Shown here: positions 50,800-63,741 of the stretch, piece by piece
Layout: the number at the start of each line of letters is the position of its first letter
How positions within the stretch are numbered: position 1 is the stretch's first letter
Source of the DNA: Carcharhinus longimanus
Lineage: Eukaryota
DNA length: 64,000 nucleotides
Assembly: GCA_030264375.1 (NCBI GenBank)
Contig: JASCQW010000119.1
Span: 7,864,026 to 7,928,025 of the forward strand
Reading direction: 5' to 3'
Program-made: the position numbers and the translations under genes
Notes under the pieces: generated by a model
What the model saw: only the letters and a program-made list of their open reading frames with translations
Told to the model about the DNA's origin: nothing
Databases searched by the model: none

Positions 50800-53700
50800 G
50801 AAAGCGATGAAAATTTTATTGATTTTCCAGTATTCCTGAGCACAGTGGGGAACAAACGTACAGAGACCTAAGGAGCATGCTGAAGACAGATGCACCAGTT
50901 GTTAATCAGTCGCAGATTTTCGCAAGTAACTGAATATGCACTTCGCGCCACAACCGTTGAACATTGCAGACACGTGCAGGTTTAAAGCAGGGAAAACTGA
51001 TGGGAGAAAACATTGTTAAATTTGTCACGAGTATCAAAAGCCGGACAAACTATTGTCATTAAAGGTGTTTTCGTCAGAAGCCGATGCACGACCGTCCTGC
51101 ATGAGGATTGCAACATGAATAAGCTCGGGAAAGTTCGGTGAAAGAAGAACAATTTGTTTTTAAAAGGGATTATTTTTTACAGTATCATGAAAGGGGATGC
51201 AACTCGGGCACGAGGGCAACAGTATAAAAGATCGTGGGCGTTCAAGGACAATCAGTTAAACAGAAGGGTTGTCATTGTGGTAACGAGTCTGCAATGAGAC
51301 CAGTGGCTGAATGAGAACAGCTCAATGTGGAAGTTGCAGAAAAAAAAATGGTAATTTCGCCCGTAAGTGAACAGCATCATGTCCCAGGATGCGGTGAAAG
51401 AGAAACGGTCAGGACACATGACCTGCAGGAATTTGCAGGTGGACAATATTGAGGGAGGAATGAATCAGAGGATCCTGAAATCGAAGAGAACCAACGAAGG
51501 GATGAAATTTAAACCTCACGTGTTGTCAACACATGGTGTTGTAGAGCTGCTTTGGTCGACGTTCAAACTGGACGGGAAGATAATAATGATGGAAATGTGC
51601 ACCGCGGCGGCGGTACAGTTGATTCCTGAGCGTATATCTGAAGAGAAATTGAATCGCTTTTCACTGAAACCCTCAAATACTGTTCTGAAATATTTGACGG
51701 GTCAGATGCACTGAGCGACAATTGTGCACGTCTACACTTGTACTTAAGAAAATGATTTGTGCTGCGTTGTTCGGAAGAATTTGGGCCAAGCCGTTGATAG
51801 TACATTGGGAAGTAGGAAGCAGACTCACAGAAGCTCGTTCGGACGTGGACAACTCTTTGCAAAGATACAAGGAAATATTTAATTGTATGCTTTGGAAATA
51901 CAAAGGAGTAGACTTAAGCATAGGACTGAAACCGGGAGTTCACCCAAGGAGCATAAAAGGGGTTTACCAGTACAATGTGCAATTTGACCCGAAATTGAGG
52001 CCGAACTGGAGTTCTTGGTGGAGTTGGCAGCATTGGAACAAATGGTCATGAGTGACTTCCGCGTTAAATAGCCTTCCTCACACATCATTTATCTCCATCA
52101 GCTTATTGGGGGGGGGGGGGGGGAGCAAAATATATATTTCCCAAGCTCATTTACAAATGGTGGCGACCGACATTTCAAAACCCATTTAATAATTAACGTC
52201 CAAAATAGTTCGACAACACTTTGGAGTTGCATTTACTTGAGTCATAATCAAGATCAAAGGGATAAAATCCTAAATGTGCTCCTGTTGGTGCAATAATACT
52301 TGGTGCAATAATTAGTCACGGGGACCACCCCCGAGGAAAGATTAGATCATCTACAAGAGACGCTGAAGAGAATGCAATCACATTCTCTGAAAATTAGGAA
52401 ATACACAGGTGAAATTTTCAAGCACTCAGTGGATTATGTGGACCGTCGATATTGAGGTGTTGAATAACGCTCCAAAGTAACTGGTAAACATGACAGAGGC
52501 GCCCATGCCTTGGATATTCCATCAGTTGAGATTCTTCCATGAACTGATCAATTGTCAAGGCAAATGTGTCCTGTATTTGTTGATGACTTTGAAGTATTTG
52601 CAACGACAACTGATGAAAACTCAATTTTAACAGTGAACGATATAATGCGATAAGACCTATGAAGCGACAAAGGGGGCGTGAAGTGGGACTTTTTTCTAAT
52701 AAACTCACACCCAGTTAGTTCTTTATTAGGCATGTGACATGTCTCCATAGTTGGGAGGTCGGGGCGGGGGGCGGTCGTGGCAGTTTTTTTTCGAAGTGAT
52801 GGCCAATGGGAAACATCAGGCAATTGCTATCACGTTCTGGACACGTTCTGAGGCAGACTAAAATTACTCCCAGATTAAAAAAAATAAATAATTGTCGTAT
52901 CTAATTTTGTTTCATCTGGCGACATTTCCATAATTTGCTTATGAGGGGAAATGTGTCTTGTTGCTGAAGCATTAATCACTCACACGGAAGTTGATTCCAT
53001 ATGTCGGTATTCCATCAGTGGCTGCCACGGGGTTGCAAAGGTAGGTACTGATCGTGTGAGGTAATTGGTATAAGCTCCTTTACTGCCACTTGGATCTACA
53101 GGTCAACGCACGATTTTTCGAGATATTCTGCACCTGTGCACAGGCGTGTTTCGTGGAGACGGTGAAGATTATGCGTATTCCAGAAGAGAAAAATGTTCTG
53201 ATTGCAAATGTGAACGCTAAACCAGCCAAAAGAAAGTATCACATACCAGTGGAAAATTTACAGTCTCGTCCCACAAAACATCCTGCTCGAGGTCAATGGG
53301 CAATTGCATTGTCTCACGCTCTCCGATTTGAGAGTGGACGGGGCGTTTAAATTATGGGGACTGAGTCAATTGATAGAACTGGTCTGGAAGGGAGACAACC
53401 TATCACAAGAAGGACCCAGAATTGAAGTCTGAAAAAGACAGTGAGGAATTGCAGTGCAGGATCACTCCATCTTGTCGGTTGCGTATGTCGTTCTTCAGAC
53501 TGTCTTGCCTGGGGACGAGCTGGACGACGTGATATGTCAGAAACAGTTGATATGAGTTACGGCTGGTGGCCAAATATTGATGCTAGAATAGAATGAAAGC
53601 AGGAGCATATGTAACACGTTCCCAAATTCGGAAAGCAACACCATATTACCAATATATTATTTTGTTTGGCCAAGAACGCAATGGGAAAGCGTCCATATCG

Positions 53701-55150
53701 ATTTCGCTAGGCAAGTGGAAAATCACAAGTTACGAATGAAATTGCTGCATAGCNNNNNNNNNNNNNNNNNNNNNNNNNNNNNNNNNNNNNNNNNNNNNNN
53801 NNNNNNNNNNNNNNNNNNNNNNNNNNNNNNNNNNNNNNNNNNNNNNNNNNNNNCTGCATAGCCGAAATGCCCGAAAGTGATTTTCATGAAAACAATACTA
53901 CAGAGTTGGCCTTGAAAATGTCCGAATTCCGCCAAGTTTGATTAATGAGAGAAAGTGGTGAACGTCAACGGGCTGCAGTTTGTGTAACCAGAATTTCACG
54001 AATACATGGAACTGTATGCCATTTGGCTTTAAAGTTGAGGACCATATTCCCCGATGACGAATGGTACAATGGAGCGATTTGTACATTCGGGTAATCAGTC
54101 GTTGGAGATTTCAAAGGGGGCAGGATCATTAAGGTGATAAACAATTTTCTAAGTGTGAACAGAAACACATCACATGCAATGATAAGTGGCCATCAGCGAC
54201 GGTGATGCTGTGAAGACATTATTTATTGATTCAGGAAGATGGGCAGAGATTAGACAAACGATGACATGGAGAAAAGAGAGGCAGAAATAGTTCAGAGCTG
54301 CACATAAAAACTGTCAATTTTTCAAGAATGCATTGTAGTCCTACTGAGAAACTGTGCGCAGGAGAGGGATTGAGTCTCTGCAATGATAATAGCGTGAAGC
54401 ATAGAGCTGACCTCGAATATGTAGATGGGAGATGGATTGGACTGGCTTGGACATGCAGGCCAATTAGTCGCTCCATCTATTCCAGATGCAGAAACACCAG
54501 CTCAGGAGTTGGAGACGTTTCAGCCAGAACTGAAAGTGCTCGAAGGAGGAGAGCATCCTTACTCCTTCTTCCGATGAGCCAGGAATACAAGCAGTGATGA
54601 TTGATAATGTGGGTATGGATGATTCCCTGAAGCTCCCCTCAGCAGAGACAAGATCGTTGGGTAGAATTTGAAGGNNNNNNNNNNNNNNNNNNNNNNNNNN
54701 NNNNNNNNNNNNNNNNNNNNNNNNNNNNNNNNNNNNNNNNNNNNNNNNNNNNNNNNNNNNNNNNNNNNNNNNNNGCAGTTTCCAGCACCTAGGCAACAAC
54801 GTCCAAACAACTGCAAGTCTTTGGAACGATAGATCTTCTCGATAAAACATTGGCCGTTTGTTGGGAGGTGAAGTGTTTTTTTTTATTAATGTCTGTAACT
54901 GGTACATTCATGACTTTTTATAGAAATAGCCAATTGTAATTTCTGGATGAGCATGAGCGTGTTGCATCGAGGACTGTTATCTTTGTGCGGCACAACCCAT
55001 TGCCAGAGATAGGTCAAGTGACGAGGGGTGACGTCCCCAGAATCCGCCTCAGCAGGCAGCTGAGTGCATAAGGGTGAGAACAACACTTCGGCAATAAAAC
55101 TTTATTTGTTTGCTACTGACACTCCTCCGTGTGGGTTGCTTGAAGTAACC
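50800..55150 (+). mobile_element. Degenerate Mag-type Ty3/Gypsy LTR retrotransposon
   Basis: Gag FLSTVG…TYRDLRSML…HFAPQPLNIAD, zinc-knuckle remnants ~51270-51370, protease LDGKIIMMEMCTAAAVQLIPE, RT remnant LVTGTTPEERLDHLQETLKRM, RNase H and integrase remnants (WWPNID at ~53565). PPT-like gggaggtgaag before a TG at 54874, and AATAAA at ~55093. Confidence 0.85.
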
Positions 55151-55728
55151 ACTCCCAGTGGGTTTAAACTTAAAGAAAGCATCACTTGCGCTCCCAGAAA
55201 ACTACATAATATTTAAACGTGCATGATTATTAATCATTTCAACTGTAGATCACTCATTTGCTTCATATTGTGAAACATGAAATAGGGCTGATGGACAGGT
55301 TTTTTTTTAGAGGTGATCGGTGTGTTTTCTACTGCTTTGTCTTCATACTGAAACGTGACAAAGCTGCTGTTGCAGCTTCATTGGCCGATGGCTGAGTTAC
55401 AACTGGTGTTAGAGTTCAGTTTTTCCAGTTAAATAATTTCGGGAGTAGTTTGGTTATTCCTGTTTCAAACTATTTGATGTTTCTTAAAGAGCAAAAGAGA
55501 AGCTTGTTGTTGTTTATTTGTCACTGACAACGACATTCGTCGAGTTATCAGAGTATGGTAGAACATCTGGTCTCTAAGTGTCATTCTGGCCAAGTGTTTC
55601 GTTTTTGAGCGTCAAACAGAGTTTTAATTCTATCTCATTGTTTAACAGTAGCTTTGAATAGAAATCAAACTGGAAATGTCGAGCGATTTATTAATTAATG
55701 ATCGAAATTTTGTTTTGTCATTTGACAG

Positions 55729-55755
55729 AAAATGTATTTGATGAGAAAGAAACAG
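55729..55755 (+). CDS. Putative 27-nt phase-1 microexon (ENVFDEKET)
   Basis: ttttgttttgtcatttgacag|AAA…ACAG|gtagac. Confidence 0.68.
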
Positions 55756-57194
55756 GTAGACACGAATTTAAAATGTCAGAGCAAATCACTGCACAAACAA
55801 AGCAAAAGTGTAACGTTTCATTTTAAGATTTGTCTGGTGAAATATATGCATTTTTTGAATGGCGTTTGCCAGGTGTAATTTGAAAATTGCGAATTCTCAT
55901 ATTGTTTTGCCAGCCACCTGTGCTGCATGTTTGAAGCTATCCGACGAAAACTCCGGCAAGATTGGTACTGCGTCAGTAATTTTCGCTGCTAGAATTACAA
56001 ATAGTTTGTTTGATTGAAAACGTGCTGCTTTCCAATGTCGCAGTATGAGACTGACAGTAAAATGTACTAAATTGGAACGCGCATTAAATTTGTGTGGTTG
56101 AGTTTGTGTTTGCAATACCAGAAATGACTGTTGTATCGCTTGATGCTAAGTCAGACAAATCACTTCGAGGTTGTTTATTCTTATATAAAAGAAAATGGAA
56201 TTGGAACACGTTTTCAATACTCGAGGCTTCATGGTGCATGTGTCACAACCTCAGATACAACGTAAGATGTAGTGTAATAAATGCAAAGTGCTCAGAAATG
56301 AGCGTGGGGAAATGAAAACAAAAGTAAAATCTGGATTTTTTTTTTCCTCTCCAAAGCCTGATGTGCAAAATGCCTGTTTCTTCGCACTTCTAATGGTTAT
56401 CAACATTGTGTCACGGATGTTCTTCAACTGCGCACGTTGAGGAGAGGTTTTGTTATGCAGAATTCAGTCTCTATGCTTGAGCAGTACTTAACTAAATTGA
56501 TGGATTTTGGATTGCCTGGAACACAATGACATTGATTAACTTGCCTACAAATTGAGATGGGGTTTGTAAAACAAGGACATTAAAAAAAAATCATCAAAGC
56601 ACATATGAGCAGGCTAATTCCGATCACTAGTAAATCAGAAAAAGTTCGCAAAACAATCATGCAAATGTCACAGGTTTGAAGAGAAACTTCGGGAAAAACG
56701 GAAGAAAATGCTGTTATGACACAGAGGCGATTACCAATTAAATTACGTAGTAATTTGCTTAATTATTTGCGAAGGTGCTATTTGGCCTTAAATGGTGTTT
56801 CGAGATTCGTCAAAATAAAAGCGTAATACATGAGAAATGTAAAATATAGTTTAATTAAATACCAAGGAACTTTATCAATAGAAGAAACATTCATTTGCAA
56901 AGCAGAGAGAAAAAAACAGAATTCTGCTCACTCTCGATGGAATGATACGAGCACACTTGATAGAATTTAGATAATTTCTATTGGTTCTTCTACAGCCGTC
57001 GACCGTCTGAAAACACGATGGGTTTTGTCCCTTTCTCTGGTTAGAGGGTGAATTATTTTGAGAGATACCCGAAGCTGGGATGTTTAGAACTAGCTATTGA
57101 TGTTGGCTCAACTGTCCCTAACCGCATTGAACGCAAGACTCAAAATCCTCGTGGGGACAGAACTTAAGGCAATGGAGTTCATGTATTACTGTGT

Positions 57195-57332
57195 TAAAAA
57201 AAATTACTGAGGATGCTGGCATCTGAGACAAAAAGAGAANNNNNNNNNNAAATCTCAGCAGGCCTCGTGGCATCTGCAAGTAGAGAAAAAAAAACTGACG
57301 TTTCGAGCCCAGATGAGGCTTTACCAAAGCTT
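57195..57332 (-). mobile_element. Penelope-derived terminal repeat (single arm)
   Basis: Reverse complement of the right arm at 36079-36212 (ttactgaggatgctgg…tctcagcagg…gtttcgagcccagatga). Confidence 0.75.
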
Positions 57333-57704
57333 TCCCTAAAGTCATACAATGTTCGCTGTTTGCCTTCTTTAAAATCATAGGCCAGCAAAACTGCAAAAAC
57401 AGCTCTGCAGAATTGGTAACCCTGATTATTTTGATCTCTGAAGCAAATGTTGCTTCTTTTTGTTATCTGCACACCTGCGTTTATAGATTCCAGCATAGAT
57501 CACAAATGCAGATTTTCAAAGGTTCATACACTGTTTTTTTTTTGTTTTGTCTTGACCGTTTTTACAACTATTTTACATCCTTATGAACGTTATTTATGTA
57601 AGTACAAACTCAAGTTCAAAAAAATAATAAGAGAAGTTGTCCGTAATGGGAATATGGAAACTCGCCTCTAATGTGCATGATGTTTTGACACTTTTTTTTA
57701 CGGG

Positions 57705-59190
57705 GATGTAATAACTGAAAATTAGAAAATGGCTGAGGCTTTGAACAGGTATTTTGTGTCAGTCTTCACACTGGATGACACAAATAACATGCCAGAAATT
57801 GATGGCAGGAAGGCTATGGCGGGTGAGGATCTAAAAACAATCATTATGACGAAAGAGGTAGTGTTGGGCAAGATAATAGTTCCAAAGATAGGCCAGTCGA
57901 CTGGCCGCGATGGAATTCATTTGGGTACCAAAAGAGATGGCGGGTAAAATGACAAATATACTCGGGGTAATTTGCTAAAACTCGCTGGATTCTGGGGTGG
58001 TCCCTGCAAATTGGAACACAACAAATGTGACAACACTGATTAAAAAAGGAGGCAGGCAAAAAGTGGGGAGTAGAAGCCGGTTAACTGAACTTCTGTAGAA
58101 AGGGAAATGCTTGTTTTTTTTTTATCAAGGAATAAATAGCGAGACAACTGGATATAAATTGTTCCATTGGAAAGACGTTCATGAAGGACACGTCACGTTT
58201 GACGAATTTGATGGAATTATTTGAGACCATTATATGCACATTGGACAATGGGGAACCTATGGATGTGGTGTATCTGGATATCCTGAAGGCATTTGACAAA
58301 GTGATGCACCAAAGACTGCTGCATCACAGAAAGCGANNNNNNNNNNTAATGTATTAGCATGGATAGCGGATTGGTTAACTAATAGAAAGCAAACATTGGG
58401 GGTAAAACGGTGCTTTTCTAGTTGGCGATCAGAGACTTGTGTGTGGCTCAGTGATCCGTGTTGGGACCTCAAATGTTCAAGATTTACATAGACGATGTGG
58501 AGCTGGGGACTAATTGCAGCGTGCCAAAATTTGCAGATGATAATAACATGAGTGGCAGTGCAAAACATGCAGAAGACACTGAAGGTTTGAAAAGGGATAT
58601 CAATTGTCTAAGTGATTGGCAAGGGTCTGGATTGGAGTACAGTTTTGGTAAATGATAGGTCACCCATTTTGGTAGGAGTAACAACAAAATGGACTCTTGT
58701 TTAAATGATAAACAATTGCACTATACTGCTGGGCAAAGGATCCCGGCTTTCCCTGTGCAGGAATCATAAGCAATTTGTTTGCAGGTGCGGCAGGTAATTG
58801 AGACAGCAAATTGGTTTTTGTCCCTCATTGCTGGAAGATGGAGATTACAAATAGTGAGGTTATGTCGCATCTGTATCAGATGCTGATGAGGCCACACCTG
58901 GAGTAGTGTGTGCAGTTTTGGTCTTCTTACTTGAGAAAGGATATACTGACACTGGAGTGGAGTGGGTATGTTTTAAAAACATATAAGATTACGAAGGGAA
59001 TAGATAAGATAGAAACATAGAAGTTGTTTTCACTGTTAGGTGAAAGTAGAACTGGGGGTGCAGCCTCAAAATATGGAGAAGCAGGTTTCGGACTGAGTTG
59101 AGCAGGAATATCGTCAGGCAAAGGGTTGGAAATCTGTGGAATTCTCTGCCCAGTGAAGCAGTTGACGCTACGTCATTGAATGTTTGAAAA
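57705..59190 (+). mobile_element. CR1 LINE fragment
   Basis: MAEALNRYFVSVFT, DVVYLDILKAFDKV, LGPQMFKIYIDD, KFADD, RPHLE and LWNSLP. Confidence 0.93.
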
Positions 59191-61344
59191 AAAAAACAAG
59201 AACAAGGAAAAGAAGAACGAGATGGAGGAGGATAAGGAGGCGACGGGGAAGAGGTGAAGTGAAAATTTATAACAAGCATGTCGTGAAGAAGAACTCAATC
59301 AAAAAGAAGAAGAAAGTTTAAAACAAAACAAAGATTCTGTCAAACTGAAAGTGCAAAATTTACTCGACAGCAATGGGTTACAATTGCAAGGAAGCGACTG
59401 ACACTCTCATCACGCAGTGTCCCGACTATTGGCTTTCAAACAGAATAGTATCACACAATTTCCCTTGAAATCACCATGGATGAATCGATGAATGCCAAAA
59501 TCTGGAGTTGTAGAGAGAATTATCATTAGTCATCGTTATGAAGCGAAAACGGCAACGTATATAAAATAAAATCATCTACCTGAAAGAAACGTTCAGATGT
59601 CATCAATGCTGGGGTGTGGAATGCAATGCTTTAGACATATTTCTTCAAAATTTCCAATAACCGACACGGCACAAGTCAGGAGTATATAACGTATATTCTA
59701 CTTGGCTGGAGACGTCCAACTCCAACAACACACACGGTGCTTCTCAGCATACAGAAAAATAGCATCCCACTTGCATGGCACCCATTTCACGAAAGTTCAG
59801 GCACCAATTACCAAAAAGAAACGGCAGAAATTTGGTGCATCCGGAACATGCACTCTAAAAAATAATGGAACGTCGTGAAGGAGCAAAGTATAAAACGTAT
59901 ATTTCTGCATTCGAGATATGCAATAAAACGCAAGGAGTCATTTTCGCCTGAAATCATCCAATCCACGTCGATTATCACGAAGGCGGGAAATATATAGTCA
60001 TATACTGGAACAGCTTGTGCATCGCGAGATCTGTGGCGAGTTGCCCCGTGGTTCATCAGCATATTTTTAAGAGAGATCAACCAACGGAAATAAATGCTGG
60101 AACACGGGCGAAGCCCGAGTTTCATGACAGAAAAAAATCAGTTGCTCCATTGGAAGAAAAAAAGAGCAAATATTTGCGAAGGCTTGTTTCTAATTTGTGC
60201 AAGACCAAAATGTGATAAAGAGAATCAACAGACAATTGAAAAATCGTATTTATTAACGGTAGTGTGAAATGATATCTGTTGGCTGAAAGGAATGCAATAG
60301 GGAATTTATTCCAAGTCCTTTAAACGACCATTCTCAAATGCACACGTTTAAATACATGTGGGTGGAAAAAGAAGAACGACTATGGACTTTTCGTCCACGT
60401 GAACATTGCATGCACTTCTTGGAAAATGACCACAGCTGTAAGATAATGTGTTGGGAACCATTAGAAATGGTACGTATATTTTTTGTTCTGGCAATTAAGC
60501 TACCGTTTGTTTGTTAGGCTGAGCTGACAATCATTTATCCATTGGGAGGGTTCCATGTCAGCAAACATCTGAGGTTGCGTCGTATTTGAATCTTTCGGAG
60601 TGCAGAATCCCGCAATACATCATGTGAGCATTTTTCCCTCAACCGTTTTATCGTGACTAATTTCTGGAGAACAGAGGCGCTGCCTGTTCATGTTACAGCG
60701 GTCTCTCCGACGCAGCAATGCGCTGCAAATTAGCCTTGCCACATTCACGTCATGACCAATGACAGCTCTCCACCAACTCAGAATTGGACAGTGGGTGATA
60801 AATCAATAACGGCCTGAAATTGCCAGCCTGGCAGTACCAACTTGTGAGAGGTGCAAAGAGGTCTGTTTGCCATCAGAATTGTCGCAAAAATGTATTGGTT
60901 CATTTGGAAAGAAAAAAGTGGGAAAGATGATGCGTCTCTCACATCTGCTTCCACCTGGAACCTTTTAATGGGGTGCTGCAAAAGACAGTGCTAATATCGT
61001 GCAAGAAAATGGAGAGGGACGCATAGAAGTTTCAGGAGTCCAACGAACTGCAACAAGTTTCTTTCAAAACATCTGAACCTCGGTGATCTGTGATTTCTAA
61101 AGAATAGGGAATTTTCCCAAAACGCAGGGAAAAAGATTTAAAAAGACATTTTTTTTGGTGAGGAACGCAAAATCATGTATTTCTGGATGAACCTTTTTTT
61201 GTTACGGCCAGTGAAAAAAGCATGCAGTCGTCGCTGTTTTCTCAAAAGTTGTAATGCGATGCAAACGCAACCTCACTGTAAAATTTGAGTTGAACTTTGT
61301 TCATCCGTGTATGAAAAGCACACATTAATCTTTGGAATGCAAAT

Positions 61345-63735
61345 AATTCAGTGTATGTTTTGCTCCCTTCCTTAGATATGGCGTACAAAACTGATCACAA
61401 TACTCCAAATGGGGTCTGACCATAACCTTATACAACCCCAGAAGGAGACCGCTAAGCGTGTGTTCTAGCCCTCTCGATATAAATGCTAACACCGCAATCT
61501 TTCCTCCCTAACTGCTGACTGAATCTGCACGTTAAACTTCAGAGAATCTTGAACAATGACTCTCAATGTCCTTTGTCTTTCTAATTTCCTGAGCATTTCC
61601 CCATTTAGAGAACAGTCTGTTCCTTCATTTATCCTTCCAAAGGGCATATCGGCACACTTTTTCCGCATTTTTTACTATTTGACACATCTCTGCCCCCTCT
61701 GCCATTCTGTCCAAGTCGTTCTGCAGCCCCTCTTTTCCATCTCAATATTACCTGACCCTCGACATACCTTGGTATCGAGTGCAAACTTAGCAACAGTGCC
61801 TTCACTTCCTTCTTCCAAATGACTACTTATGTTGTAAAAAATGACGTCCCAGCACTGACCCCTGAGGAACAGCACTTGTCACCGGCTGCCATCCTGTGAA
61901 TGACCCCTTCATCCCCACTTTTGTCTTCTGCCTGGCTTTGGAGGGGGCGGACACGATTTGCAGGTGCTGGAGGGGTTTCAGTTCTCTGCCACAGGCAGCA
62001 ACTTTCAGGTTAGTTTCGGTGAATTTGTCAGGCGCTACCGGCTCGATTTGCAGCGAGTTCCCTGGACATCAATGTTCAGACAAGGCTCGGGGGCAAGGCA
62101 TTGCAGGGGACGGGAACGATGTGCAGCCGATGGCGGGGTGTCAGTTCTCGGCCATGGGCAGCAAGGTTCAGGTTAATGTCGGTGAAGGTGTCAGTCGGTG
62201 CGGGCTTCACGTACTGCGACTGGAGGGTTACAGGTATCTTACACGTGTATCAATGTTCGGACTAGGCTCGGGGAGAGGCGTTGGAGCGGGGGTTGGGAGG
62301 GAGGTTGCTAATTATTTGCAGCCATTGACGGGTTTTCATCTCTCTGCCCCGTGCAGCACGTTCAGGTTGATATCGGGTGAAGGTGTCAAGCGGTGCGGGC
62401 TCTGTTGGCAGCGGTTGGCGGAGTTGCAAGCCTCTTCCACAGGCCTCAATGTTCAGACAAGGCTCCGGGAAGGCTTTGGAATGGATGGGCACGATTTGCA
62501 GCCATTGGCGCGGTATCAGCTCTCAGCCACATGCAACAACGTTTAGGTTAATGCTGGTGAAGGTGCCAGGCAGTGCGGGCTCGATTTGCAGCGGCTGGCG
62601 GGGTTGCAGATGTCTTCCCCGGGCAACAACGTTCAGACTGCCAGTTACCCAGTCTTCTAGCCATGTCAGGATCTTTCACACACCACCATGGGGAGTTAAC
62701 TTATTTAACTGGCTCTTATGCAGCACCCTGTCAAAGGCCTTCCGGAAAACTAATTAAATCATGTCCACTGGTCCCCTTTTACTGACATTCCTTATTGTCT
62801 CATCAATAACTTCGACAAATTTTGTAGACATGACCTCCCCTTGACAAAGCCGTGCTCACTCAGTCCTACTTTATAATGCAGACCCAAGTCTTCTGCGATC
62901 TCATCGAAAATAATGAACTCTAAAATCTTGCCAATAACCAAAGTCAGGCTAACTGACCTGAAATGTCCCGTCTGTTGCCTCCCTCCCTTCTTAAACAACA
63001 ATGTTAGTTTCGTTACTTTCCAGTCCTCTGGTACCCTGCCTGTCTCCTGTGATTTCTGAAAGTTCAGCACCGAAGACTACACAATTTCCTCAGCCATCTA
63101 TTTTGGAAACCTGGAGTGTAGTCCTTCCGGTCCAGGTGCTTTATGCAACTTGAAACCTTTCCCTTTTCTCAGAACCTTCTTCTTATTTATTGCCACTACA
63201 CTCACCTGTGCCCTCGACTCCTTATGGAGCTCGAGCACGTCACTGGTTTCTTTGACCGTGAAGACTGATGCAATGTAATTATTCACTTCCTATGCCATTG
63301 TTTTGTTTCCTATTATTACTTACCCAGCCTCATTGCGAGTGGTCCAATGCCTACGATCCCTATCTTCTTTTATATTGCTAGGTCGTCATTATACACTTAT
63401 TTCATTTTCGCTCGGCCCTCACCACCACCCCACCCCGCAACCACTCACCACTCTTGTTTTTTTAGTTGTCCTCTTCTCTTTGTTAGGCGCTTCCCAATCC
63501 TGTCGCTTCCCACCATCCTTGCCACTTTGTGCGCTTTTTATTTTGTTTTTTATGCTGTCATTGGCGTCCCTCGTCACCCATAATGTCTTGTCCTCCCCTT
63601 ATCATGTTTTGTTTTCGTGCTTTGGAATGAATTCCTTTTATGCTCCCTGTTCACTTGTCTTCCCAGATAGGCTCCCCTACCAAATAACCCTGGCCAGCTC
63701 CTCCCCCATGTTTTTGTAGCTACGTTTATTTAATT
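61345..63735 (-). mobile_element. CR1 LINE fragment interrupted by a tandem repeat
   Basis: VPEDWK…LFKKGGRQ…FRSVSLT, HGFVKGRSCL, NNYIASVFT, KFALDTK and RPHLEY. Confidence 0.9.
61933..62637. repeat. GC-rich tandem array of about four ~180-bp units, each an A/B dimer of ~90-bp subunits, with CTGCC TSD
   Basis: Units start at ~61934, 62097, 62277 and 62472. CTGCC at 61928-61932 and 62638-62642. Confidence 0.85.
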
Positions 63736-63741
63736 ATAATA

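Noticed and set aside
57118-57396. CR1-like peptide TLGKALVKPHLG
   Set aside because: The DNA matches the Penelope-type arm at 36079-36113, so the CR1 resemblance looks coincidental.
61896-62546. 216-aa + strand ORF as a gene
   Set aside because: It starts in antisense CR1 and runs through a GC-rich tandem repeat with frame-shifting indels between units. No recognisable domain.
61933-62637. CRISPR array or hammerhead retrozyme
   Set aside because: Vertebrate context, no unique spacers or cas genes, and no CUGANGA/GAAA core found by eye.
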